Assembly (NCBI RefSeq): GCF_004010195.1
Contig: NC_057719.1
Coordinates: 13,624,151 to 13,685,533 of the forward strand
Direction of reading: 5' to 3'
Length of the DNA: 61,383 bases
From: Chiloscyllium plagiosum
Lineage: Eukaryota
The translations under genes were made by a program, and so were the position numbers. Position 1 is the stretch's first letter. Each line of letters opens with the position of its first letter. The notes under the pieces were generated by a model. It did no database searches, was not told the origin of the DNA, and was given only the letters and a program-made list of their open reading frames with translations. Shown piece by piece: positions 11,349-22,200 of the stretch.

Positions 11349-13320
11349 AATTCCAACAATTCCTTTGAGTCGGCCCACTTCCTCCAAATCTGTTGTCATA
11401 GGAACTCATGAGGATGTTTGCCATGCTTGCCTTGTTGGTGGGATCGATGGAATATTCTTTGTCCAATCTCACTTAGGCTCCCTCCCTCAGCTCTTTCTTC
11501 AAGTGAATGCTATTTCCACCTTTTGTTCCTAACTGGGCTGTTTCATCGACCTTCGTTCCAATTTGCACACTTCCCTCGATTTGACATACCCATTGCTCAT
11601 TCTTCCTTCTCTCTCTCAACTTTCCTAGCTCCATTTCTGGGAACAAGCTGGCAATAATTACTTAATAAAATCCCATGAACTCTCACAGCTACCTCAATGC
11701 TGTTTCCTCTGATTCATAGACTCATAGAGTCATAGAGATGTACAGCATGGAAACAGAACCTTTGGTCCAACCCGTCCATGCCGACCAGATATCCCAACCC
11801 AATCTAGTCCCACCTGCCAGCACCCGGCCCATATCCCTCCAAACCCTTCCTAGTCATATACCCATCCAAATGCCTCTTCAATGTTTCAATTGTACCAGCC
11901 TCCACCACTTTCTCTGGCAGCTCGTTCCATACATGTACCATCCTCTGTGTGAAAAAGTTGTCCCTTAGGTCTCTTTTATATCTTTCCCCTCTCACTCTAA
12001 ACCTACGTCCTCTAGTTCTGGACTCCCCGATCGCAGGGAAAATACTTTGCCTATTTATCCTATCCATGCCCCTCATAATTGTGTAAACCTCTATAAGGTA
12101 ACCTCTCAGCTTTCGACACAGCCTGTTCAGCCTTTCCCTATAGCTCAAATCCTCCAACCCTGGCAACATCCTTGTAAATCTTTTCTGAACCCTTTCAAGT
12201 TTCACAACATCTTTCCAACAGGAAGGAGACCAGAATTGCATGCAGTATTCCAACAGTGGCCTAACCAATGGCCTGTAGAGCTGCAACATGACCTCTCAAC
12301 TCCTGTACTCAGTACTCTGACCAATAAAGGAAAGCATACCAAATGTGACTCCACTTTCAAGGAGCTACGAACCTGTACTCCAAGTTCTCTTTGTTCAGGA
12401 ACACTCCCTAGGACCTTACCATTAAGTGTGTAAGTCCTGCTAAGATTTGCTTTCCCAAAATGCAGCACCTTGCATTTATCTGAATTAAACTCCATCTGCC
12501 AATTCTCAGCCCATTGGCCCATCTGGTCAAGATTCTGTTGTAATCTCAGGAAACCCTCTTTGCTGTCCACTAAACCTCCAATTTTGGTGTCATCTGCAAA
12601 CTTACTAACTGTACCTCTTATGTTTGCATCCAAATCATTTATGTAAATGACAAAAAGTAGAGGACCCAGCACTGATCCTTGTGGCACTCCACTGGTCACA
12701 GGCCTCCAGTCTGAAAAACAACCCTCCACTACCACCCTCAGTCTTCTACCTTTGAGCCAGTTCTGTATCCAAATGGCTAGTTCTCCCTTTATTCCATGAG
12801 ATCTAGACTTACTAATCAGTCTCCCATGGGGAACCTTGTCGAACGCCTTACTGAAGTCCACATAGATTACATCTACCACTCTGCCCTCATCAATCCTCTT
12901 TGTTACTTCCTCAAAAAACTCAATCAAGTTTGTGAGACATGATTTCCCACACACAAAGCCATGTTGACTATCTCTAATCAGTCCTTGCTTTTCCAAATAC
13001 ATGTCCCTCAGGATTCTCTCCAACAACTTGCCCACCACCGAGGTCAAGCTTACCGGTCTATAATTCCCTGGCTTGTCCTTACCACTCTTCTTAAACAGTG
13101 GCACCACGTTTGCCAACCTCCAGTCTTCCGGCACCTCACCTGTGACTATCGTTGATACAAATATCTCAGCAAGAGGCTCAGCAATCACTTCCCTAGCGTC
13201 ACAGAGTTCTCGGGTACACCTGATCAGGTCCTGGGGATTTATCCACCTTTACCCATTTCAAGACATCCAGCACTTCCTCCTCTGTAATCTGGGCATTTTG
13301 CAAGATTTCACCATCTATTT

Positions 13321-13558
13321 GGAGAAAGTGAGGACTGCAGATGCTGGAGATCAGAGCTGAAAATGTGTTGCTGGAAAAGCGCAGCAGGTCAGGCAGCATC
13401 CAAGGAGCAGGAGAATCGACGTTTCGGGCATGAGCCCTTCTTCAGGAATGAGGAAAGTGTGCCACACCTGCTTGGCATACTTTTCTCATTCCTGAAGAAG
13501 GGCTCATGCCCGAAACATCGATTCTCCTGCTCCTTGGATGCTGCCTGACCTGCTGCAA
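13321..13558. mobile_element. Fold-back Penelope-like insert (family 1) inside CR1 ORF2, 14-bp TSD
   Basis: TSD ttcaccatctattt at 13307-13320 and 13559-13572. 84-bp inverted arms at 13381-13464 and 13473-13556 with an 8-nt loop. Confidence 0.92.
13415..13448 (-). ncRNA. Minimal type I hammerhead ribozyme motif, intact core
   Basis: UUC-CUGAAGA-A-GGGC(UCAU)GCCC-GAAA-CG-UC-GAU: canonical CUGANGA/GAAA/UH core, stem II hairpin and palindromic ACGU stem III. Confidence 0.8.
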
Positions 13559-14688
13559 TTCACCATCTATTTCCCTACAGTCTATATCTTCCATATCCTT
13601 TTCCACAGGAAATACTGATGCAAAATATTCATTTCGTATCCCCCCATTTTCTGTGGCTCCACACAAAGGCTGCCTTGCTGATCTTTGAGGGGCCTTAATC
13701 TCTCCCTTGTTACCCTTTTGTCCTTAATGTATTTGTAAAAACCCTTTGGATTCTCCTTAATTCTATTTGCCAAAGCTATCTCATGTCCCCTTTTTGCCCT
13801 CCTGACTTGCCTCTTAAGTATATTCCTATTTCTTTTATACTCTTCTAAGCATTCACTCGATCTATCCTGTTTATATCTGACATATGCTTCCTTCTTTTTC
13901 TTAACCAAACCCACAATTTCTTTAGTCATCCAGCATTCCCTATACCTACCAGCCTTCCCTTTCACCCTGACAGGAATATACTTTCTCTGGATTCTCATTA
14001 TCTCATTTCTGAAGGCTTCCCATTTTCCAGCCGTCCCTTTACCTGNNNNNNNNNNNNNNNNNNNNNNNNNNNNNNNNNNNNNNNNNNNNNNNNNNNNNNN
14101 NNNNNNNNNNNNNNNNNNNNNNNNNNNNNNNNNNNNNNNNNNNNNNNNNNNNNNNNNNNNNNNNNNNNNNNNNNNNNNNNNNNNNNNNNNNNNNNNNNNN
14201 NNNNNNNNNNNNNNNNNNNNNNNNNNNNNNNNNNNNNNNNNNNNNNNNNNNNNNNNNNNNNNNNNNNNNNNNNNNNNNNNNNNNNNNNNNNNNNNNNNNN
14301 NNNNNNNNNNNNNNNNNNNNNNNNNNNNNNNNNNNNNNNNNNNNNNNNNNNNNNNNNNNNNNNNNNNNNNNNNNNNNNNNNNNNNNNNNNNNNNNNNNNN
14401 NNNNNNNNNNNNNNNNNNNNNNNNNNNNNNNNNNNNNNNNNNNNNNNNNNNNNNNNNNNNNNNNNNNNNNNNNNNNNNNNNNNNNNNNNNNNNNNNNNNN
14501 NNNNNNNNNNNNNNNNNNNNNNNNNNNNNNNNNNNNNNNNNNNNNNNNNNNNNNNNNNNNNNNNNNNNNNNNNNNNNNNNNNNNNNNNNNNNNNNNNNNN
14601 NNNNNNNNNNNNNNNNNNNNNNNNNNNNNNNNNNNNNNNNNNNNNNNNNNNNNNNNNNNNNNNNNNNNNNNNNNNNNNNNNNNNNNNN

Positions 14689-15667
14689 TCTTTCCTCACC
14701 CCCCCCCCCCCCCCCATTCCCCACCCCCCCCACCTTACTGTGCAATTCCTCCCGAGCAGTTCTAGCAAGTCTCCCTGCCAGTAAACTAGTCCTCTTCCAA
14801 TTTAGGTGCAATCCATCCTTCTTGTACAGGTCACTTCTACCCCAAAAGAGATTCCAATGATCCAAAAATGTGACTCCCTCTCCTATACACCAACTCCTCA
14901 GTTATGCATTCATCTGCTCTATCTTCCTATTCCTGCCCTCACCAGCTCATAGCACTGGGAGTAATCCAGATATTACTACTCTCGAGGACCTCCTTTTCAA
15001 ATTCCTGCCCAAATTGCTGTAATTTCCCTTCAGAATCTCATCCTTTTCCCTTCCTATGTTGTTGGTTCCAATGTGGACAATGACCTCTTGTTGCCCCCTC
15101 TCCCCCGTGAGAACATTCTGCACCCTCTGTGAGACATCCTTGATTCTAGCACCAGGGAAACAACACACCATTCTGCTCTTTCACTGCGGGCCACAGAAAC
15201 GCCTGTCTGTACCTCAGACTAGAGAGTCCCCTAACACAGTTGATGTCTTGGAAGCCGACGTACCCCTCGTTGCATTAGAGCCAGTCTCAAAGCCAGAAAC
15301 TTGGCTGTTTGTGCTACGTTCCCCTGAGAATCCATCACCCCCTACATTTTCCAAAACAGCATACCTGTTTGAAATGGGTATATCCACAGCAAACTCCTGC
15401 CCTAGGTGCCTACCTCTCTTACCTTTCCTGGAGTTAACCCATCTATGTGACTGTATCTGAGACTTTACCCCTTCCTATAACTGCCATCCATCACATACTG
15501 TTACTGTTGCAAATTCCTCATCGCTTCTATCAGTCTCTCCAACCGATCCACTCGATCTGATAAGATTCGCATCCAACAGCATTTATGGCAGATATAATCC
15601 ACAGTAACCCTTAAACTCGCTTTAAACCCCACATCTGACAAGAAGTACATATCACTACAAAGGCCAT
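14689..15667 (-). pseudogene. CR1 ORF1 (Cys zinc-finger/coiled coil plus SGNH esterase-like domain), broken
   Basis: MAFVVICTSCQMW...DYICHKC...LSDRVDRLERLI; VCCFPGARIKDV, VIVHIGTNNIG, VVISGLLP, DGLHLN. Confidence 0.88.
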
Positions 15668-16015
15668 TTTTGCTCCTTCACAATCTACAGGCCCAGAAAA
15701 TAACACAGTCTTATTCCTCTACAAAACATGCACCAGGCTAAATTAATAGTTATGGCTTATATTTTAAGTTTAATCAAGAGACATATCTCCAAAAACATAT
15801 AATCTAGAAATAACCGACTCTAATCACTACTGCAGCCTTTCTGTTGGACACACTTAAAACAACCATTAACTTATCTGATTCTGTGCTGTGACCTTCGCCC
15901 AAACAGGTTCCTCCAAGATTAGTTGTGAAGTTCACTGTTTGTTAATTTTCCCGGACGCACTCTGATGTCCAGCGATACATGAATTCAAAACAGCAAAGGC
16001 AGTAACTGTGCAGGT

Positions 16016-16046
<31 letters not shown>

Positions 16047-16294
16047 ACCATGTGCTTCCTTTGTCTGTTCTTCCCCCTTTTAAAACTGCTGTTGTTTTGA
16101 CGATTTTTTCCCAAAGTTCCTCCTATTCTGTCTCCCATCTTTTCCACCTCCATTGCATCTATTCTGACTGTGTCACCGTCCAAACCAGTTTGTGATTTGT
16201 CTTCGATTTGCAACAACCGAGGATTCCTGTGATGCTTTCTGATTCTTTCTGGTTTCTGCTTTCAGCCCAACATAAATAGCTTTGGGAGTTGTCT

Positions 16295-17130
16295 ACCTAG
16301 TGGTGTTATTGTTCGACTATTAATCCAGAGAGTTGAGAGTGTGGTGCTGGAAAAGCACAGTAAGTCAGGCAGCAGGAGAATTGATGTTTCGAGCAAAAGC
16401 CCTTCATCAGGAATGGGGCTATAAGCTGAGGGGAGTGGGGAGATAAACAGGGGTGGGGGGCGGAAGAAACTGGTGAAATCCACATTGATGCTGTGGGATT
16501 GGAGGGTCCTGAGGTGGAAGATGGGGTGCTCTTCTTCCAGGCGTCGAGTGGTAAGGAAGTGGCGATGGAGGAGGTCCAGGACCTGCATGTCCTTGGCAGA
16601 GTGGGAGGGGAAGTTGAAGTGTTCGGCCAGGGGGCAGTGGGGTTAGTTGGTGCGGGTATCCTGGAGATGTTCTCTGAAGTGCTCTGTGAGTAGGCATCCT
16701 GTCTCCCCACTGTAGAGGAGACCGCATCGGGAGCAACGGATACAGTAAATGATGTTTGTGGAAGGTCGGGAACGATGGATACTATTAATCCAGAGAGCAA
16801 TGATCAGATTCAATTTCTGGATTAGTGGTGCTGGAAAAACACAGCAGTTCAGGCAGCATCCAAGGAGCAGTATGATCCGATTCAAGTCCTGCCATGCCAG
16901 ATGGTGGAATTTGAATTCAATGAAAATCTGGGATTAAGAGTCTAATGATGACCATGAAACGATTATTGATTGTCAGGAAAAAAAAATCTGGGAGGAAACT
17001 GCTCACTTACCTGATCTGGCCTTCAGATGCATGGCAATGTAGTTCACTCTCAACTGCCTTCTGGGAAATTAGGGATGGGCAATAAGTGCTGGTTTTTGCC
17101 AGCGACACCCACGTCCTGTGAATGAATAAA
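16295..17130 (+). mobile_element. Second tRNA-like SINE family copy hosting two Penelope-like inserts
   Basis: cctagtggtgttatt...actattaatccagag...gattcaagtcctgccatgccagatggtggaatttgaattc...gggatgggcaataagtgctgg. An uninterrupted sister copy lies at 43300-43630. Confidence 0.75.
16333..16780 (-). mobile_element. Penelope-like retroelement 3' fragment encoding a GIY-YIG endonuclease remnant, 15-17 bp TSD
   Basis: NIIYCIRCSRCGLLYSGETGCLLTEHFREHL...RRLEEEHPIFHLRTLQSHSINVDFTSF. Hammerhead motif at 16380-16413. actattaatccagagag at 16316-16332 and 16781-16797. Confidence 0.92.
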
Positions 17131-17814
17131 GGAAGCCCAAAGTTGATTCTGTGTGAAATCTGAAAAATCTTCATTAAGGATTCCAACAACAATTGGGTCT
17201 CTTATGAATTCTTATTTCAAAGCTCCAAGTTCACAGATCTCTGCTAATCTGTTGAGGTCATTAATAGAATTGTCTGTAGATTCTCCTTGAAGTTGAACTC
17301 TTCTATTAAATCTGACTTTTTCAAGGATTTTATTTGTTCTTAAATTGAAGTAATTAGCAAAAGCTTTCAGGACATTTTCAAAAGGATTTGTATTCTCTTT
17401 AATGTTCCGCTGCTTAATAACAGCAGCACAACCAGGCCTACTGAATATGATAGTGTATTAATCAGCTCAGCTCCACACTTAGCAGTTTAAGGCTGTTTAA
17501 GATAGTCCTCATCCCCCCGCCGCATCCCCCCCGCCCCCATTTTTATACTTTGTCAACAGGCCTGTCAAACAATCAATACTACAGGATAAACCACTGTGGA
17601 CTATTAACAAATGAGGCACTGTTCTCAGTTATTAAGAAAAATTATTGCATGAGACTTATAAGTACGAGTGCATTACTAATAATTATCAGGACACTCGCGT
17701 GATGTACAGGATATATCTGCTCCCTATAAAGGCTCGTGTAGGACACACTGCCTGAATGCCAATAGACTGGGGATAGCTAATGTGAACATAAACTCCCTCA
17801 GAATCAATGCCTTA

Positions 17815-18467
17815 CATAGAACATAGAACAGTAAAGCACAGCACAGGCATTTCAGCCCTCGATGTTGTGCCAACCTTTTATCCTATTCTAAGATCAAACT
17901 AACCTACATACCCTTCATTGTACGATCATCCATGTGCTGTCCAAGAGTTACTTAAGTATTCCCAGTGTATCTGACTCTACTGCCACTGCTGACAGTACAT
18001 TCCATGCACCCATCACTCTCTGAGTAAAGAACTTACTTCTGATATCTCCCCTAAATTTTCCTCTAATCACCTTAAAATTATGTCCCCTCATGATAGCCAT
18101 TTCCATCCTGGGAAAAAGTCTCTGCTATCCACTATCTATGCCTCTCATCATCTTGTACACCTCTACAAGTCACTTCTCATCCTTCTTCGCCCCAATGAGA
18201 AAAGCTGTAGCTCCCTCAACCTTTCTTCATAAGACATGCCCTCCAGCCCAGGCAGCATCCTGGTAAATCTCTTCTGCACCCTCTCTAAAACTTCCACATC
18301 CTTCCTATAAAATAAGGCGACCCAAACTGAACACAATATTCCAAGTGTGGTCTAGCCAGGGCTTTATAGAGCTGCAGCATAACCTCGCGGCTCTTAAACT
18401 CAATGCCATGCTAATGAAAGCAAACACACCATACACCTTCTTAACAACCCTATCAACTTGGGTGCAA
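17815..18467 (-). mobile_element. CR1 LINE 3' fragment
   Basis: (catagaa)n tail at 17815-17829; CR1 ORF2 end on minus (ccaagtgtggtctagccagggctttatagagc). Confidence 0.9.
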
Positions 18468-18979
18468 CAGTTTGAACGGTTTCCATTTTTAGATCAGACG
18501 GGGCTTTGGTTTGATGTCTGATCCAAATGTCTGCAACTGAACTGGGGGGAGGGGTGGAGTTGGAGATTGCAGTTAAGGATGACAGCTGAGGTCAGTTCTA
18601 CCCTCACTCTACCTCTACATCCACTGCTGGGGACACTGGATGGTAATCAAGAATGGACACTTGTTCATATTTCTGCTCCCAAATTCAGTTGGTTTGACAT
18701 TATCTCTCAGTGGTCATTATCACTCATCTACTCACTGCATAAACCATTCTCTCCAAAAGAGCCAGTGTGTACATAATAGACACAATAGCTCCCTTGGCAC
18801 TGTGATAGCTAAAAAGAACTCTAAATGACTCCAGAAAGACAGTGGTAATGTTGACCTTGGGTTTGAACTCATTATCAAACTGATTTAATGAAGCTCTCCT
18901 CTGATTATCTAAAATGTAATGGATCTTGTGTCAACTCAATCTATTTTTGAGTGGGTGAGAACCCATAACATAAAAGTTG

Positions 18980-19118
18980 AGTATTATTAGGCTCTCAAAT
19001 GTAAAACTACCTCTGTTATGTGCACTATCTTCATTATAAGTTCTGCAGTTCTGACACCACATCTGTTATGCACTCTATCTTCATTATAAGGCTCTCAGCT
19101 ATAACACTACTTTCATTA
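18980..19118. repeat. Degenerate 50-bp tandem repeat, about 2.7 copies
   Basis: tctgttatg...ctatcttcattataag recurs with 50-bp period (ttcattataag at 19030 and 19080). Confidence 0.8.
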
Positions 19119-19499
19119 GATGGTGACAAATGCCAATTCCCCATATTTTACATTAAATTTTACCCTACAGTACACCCGGCTAAAAGCTGACAATGGATAA
19201 CTTTCACTTGTTATATATTTCATGTCAAATTCTGTAATGAGCTCTGGATGAGTCAGAGATGCACCACAACAGAGCAGCCAATATTTGAAAGCAGGGCAAG
19301 TTGTCTTAGTGATGGAAGAGCTGTTACATATTTGCCTAGCATGTCAGGTGGGTGCAGCAGTAGAAATGAGTAATATCCATTCTCAGTACAAACAGTGTAC
19401 ATCTCCTGGTTATAGCTGTCAAGAATCACGCATCAGTCCAAGCTTTCACCTTGCACAGTTTTCATCAGAGCACACAGATCACTTGACACTCAATAACCC

Positions 19500-20050
19500 A
19501 CATAGAGTCATAGTCATACAGCACAGAAACAGACTGTTCGGTTCAACCAGTCCATGCCGACTATAATCCCAAACTAAACTAGTCCCACCTACCTGTGCTT
19601 GGTCCATATCCCTCCAAACATGTTTAATTCATGTACTTATCCAAATGTCTTTTAAGCATTGTACCTGTACCTGCAGCCACCACTTCCTCTAGAGGTTCAT
19701 TCTACACATGGACCACTCTGTATAAAACAAATTGCCCACATGTCTTTCTTAAATCTTGCTCCACTCACCTTAATAATATGCCTCCCTGGTCTTGAAAGCC
19801 CCCACTCTGGGGAAAAGTCCCCATTCACCTTATCTATACCCTTCATGATTTTATAAACCTCTGCATGGTCCCACAATCAACCTCCAATACTCCTGTGAGA
19901 AAAGTCCCAGCCTATCCCGCCTCTCCCTGGAAGTCAAACCCTCCATTCCCAGCAGCACCCTGGCCAATCTTTTCTGAACCCTTTCCGGCTTAATCATATC
20001 CTTCCTATAACAGGGCAACCAAAATTGGACACAGTACTCTAGAAGAGTGT
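19500..20050 (-). mobile_element. CR1 LINE 3' fragment
   Basis: catagagtcatag tail; LEYCVQFWLPCYRKDMIKPERVQKRL. Confidence 0.9.
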
Positions 20051-20371
20051 GGGCCACTTGATTTACCAGAATCTGCCCTTTGAAGGTTTTGGGGAGTTGT
20101 GGGGCTGCGGGGGGGGGGGGGGGGTCAGAGGTCACTGGGTGGAGGGAGGGGTGTTGGGAGAGACACAACCTCAAAGATCCGCCACCTGGGAAAGTCCCTG
20201 GCATGATTTGTTCTCGGATTGCGATGAGCTAAAATGATTTTTAGATTCTCAGGCAAACAAGGTCTTTGGGGATCAGGAAGGTAAGGGTTTTTGAGAATCA
20301 GCGATTTTCCTATTTAATAGCTAAGCAGGCTAGAGGAACTCCAAGGCTTTCTCCTGCTTCTATTTTGTATG

Positions 20372-20593
20372 AGTTAAAAAGTGTGGTGCTAGAAAAACAC
20401 AGCTGGTCAGGTAGCATCCGAGGAGCAGGAGAGTCAATGTTTCGAGCATAAGCTCTTCATCAGGAATGATTCCTGATGAAGATGCTTATGCTTGAAACTT
20501 TGACTCTCCTGTTCCTCGGATGCTGCCTGACCGGCTGTGCTTTTCTAGCACCACACATTTTGACTCCAATCTACAGTATCTGCTGACCTCACT
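20372..20593. mobile_element. Fold-back Penelope-like insert (family 1), 14-bp TSD with one mismatch
   Basis: ttctattttgtatg (20358-20371) and ttctattttgcatg (20594-20607). Arms meet at caggaat-g-attcctg (about 20468). Confidence 0.9.
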
Positions 20594-21974
20594 TTCTATT
20601 TTGCATGCTTTGAGATTTGAGCTGGGGCCAACTGGGATCAGGTGGGAAGGTGAGAGGAAGAGAGAAGGGTGGAATCGCAGCTATTCGTTATCCACAGCGT
20701 CATTGAATTCTGAGTTAGTGCAGCAGGGTTGCACATGCACGCAGTCACTTCAAAGGTTTGGTCGGGTTTAGGAAGATGTACTTGAGGTACAGAGGAGAAT
20801 GGAGTCGCCAGTTCGGGCAAATTGCACAGGGGTTTAAGCTGAGAGCTCCCACCCACTCCACGTTCCGAGGTCCTAACTAACCAGAATGAACAGTTGCCAA
20901 ATAGCAATGCGGTTAACTGTGATTTGACTCCTGATTCAGCATAAAGGAGAGAGTGTGTGTAGAATAATGATATTTCATCAAACAACAGCTCTAACCTTTT
21001 CATTCAATTAAACGTTTATTTAAGGTGTTGTCTTGAATGAAAATATACAAATTGACCTGGACCCTCAAATGAATAATTTTCTGAAAGCTTTAAAAGTAAT
21101 CAATTTCCCTCCCCCTAACTAGTCTTAGTCTTTCTAACTCTGCCAGTGCATAACATGCAGCATTAATATTTAAAGGGAAATTTAAACAAAGCTTGTTAAT
21201 TACTCTGTATCAATTAGCATGATATTGTCATTATTTTCCAGGCTTGTCAATGTTTGTCTTGGGTGCCTGGTTGCTATGTAACCTTTATAGAAGAAATGAC
21301 TTGATAATACTTATAATGGGTGGGAAAATGTAAAACTCAACAGTAAATCATAATTACAGCAAAATACTATAATGAAAGGTCTCCAACATTGGAGCCTCTG
21401 GGAGAAATGATCTTGCTTTTGTTAATGACTTTGTCAAAGGGAATAATAGTGATTATTATGAGAGTTAATTATACAATCCCTACTTAATGGACAGTAAGTT
21501 ATCTATAACAGCAGGTTAGATGCATTGTGCTCGTCTATATAAGTAGCATAGCTGGAGGCAGCTACAGTGCTATTGCATTAAACTGGCCTTGTTGTGAGTA
21601 CCGACATTGATCTTTGCATGGATTTGTATCAGAACTTATACTTAGTTTGTTATACATTTCCCAAAGATCATTTTTGTTTAAAGACACTGTGCTTAGCCTT
21701 CCACCCTTCGACCCTGGATTTTCAGGGTTTAATTGATGCCATGGGGAAAGAGGGATTCACTGAACACCACTAATTTCCTATTGCAGTCTGGTGACCAATG
21801 TAAGCGAATGTTCCCTGCCTTCCTGGTTTCAATTCCCTGTTGAGCTTGCTGTGTAAAATTGGTCGACTATTCATCCGTCACCCTATGCAAAGTTCCATGA
21901 TACTGAGAGTCTGCAGAACAGATGTGTTGCATTAACAGAAGAGAGCAATGCCACAGGCAAAACATCGTTTAGGT

Positions 21975-22200
21975 AAGTTAAAACTCACACAACACCAGGT
22001 TATAGTCCAACAGGTTTATTTGGAAGCACTAGCTTTCAGAGCATTGTTCCTTCATCAGGTGGTTGTGGAGCAGAACCACCTGGTAAAGGAGCAGTGCTCC
22101 AAAAACTAGCACTTCCAAATAAACCTGATGGACTGTAACCTGGCGTTGTGTGATTTTTAACTTTGTCCACACCCCAGTTCAACACCGGCATCTCCAAATC
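21975..22200. mobile_element. Fold-back Penelope-like insert (family 2)
   Basis: Inverted arms aagttaaaactcacacaacaccagg...caggtggtt / aaccacctgg...ggcgttgtgtgatttttaactt. Confidence 0.85.
22027..22061 (-). ncRNA. Minimal hammerhead ribozyme motif (family 2)
   Basis: CAC-CUGAUGA-A-GGAAC(AAU)GCUCU-GAAA-GC-UA-GUG: stem I CAC/GUG and palindromic AGCU stem III. Confidence 0.7.

Larger units (their letters stand above)
11804..14045 (-). pseudogene. CR1 ORF2 reverse transcriptase (broken)
   Basis: [58 protein letters not shown]. Confidence 0.95.
11714..16119 (-). mobile_element. Near full-length CR1 LINE (ORF1, ORF2, 3' tail), frameshifted; N gap at 14046-14688
   Basis: 3' tail (tctatgac)n at 11714-11737, RT motifs, ORF1 Cys motif and esterase motif, and a 5' UTR with a GA tract. 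Confidence 0.95.

Noticed and set aside
13582..14865. 427-aa and 256-aa ORFs
   Set aside because: They span the N gap at 14046-14688; the larger joins CR1 ORF1 and ORF2 pieces artificially.
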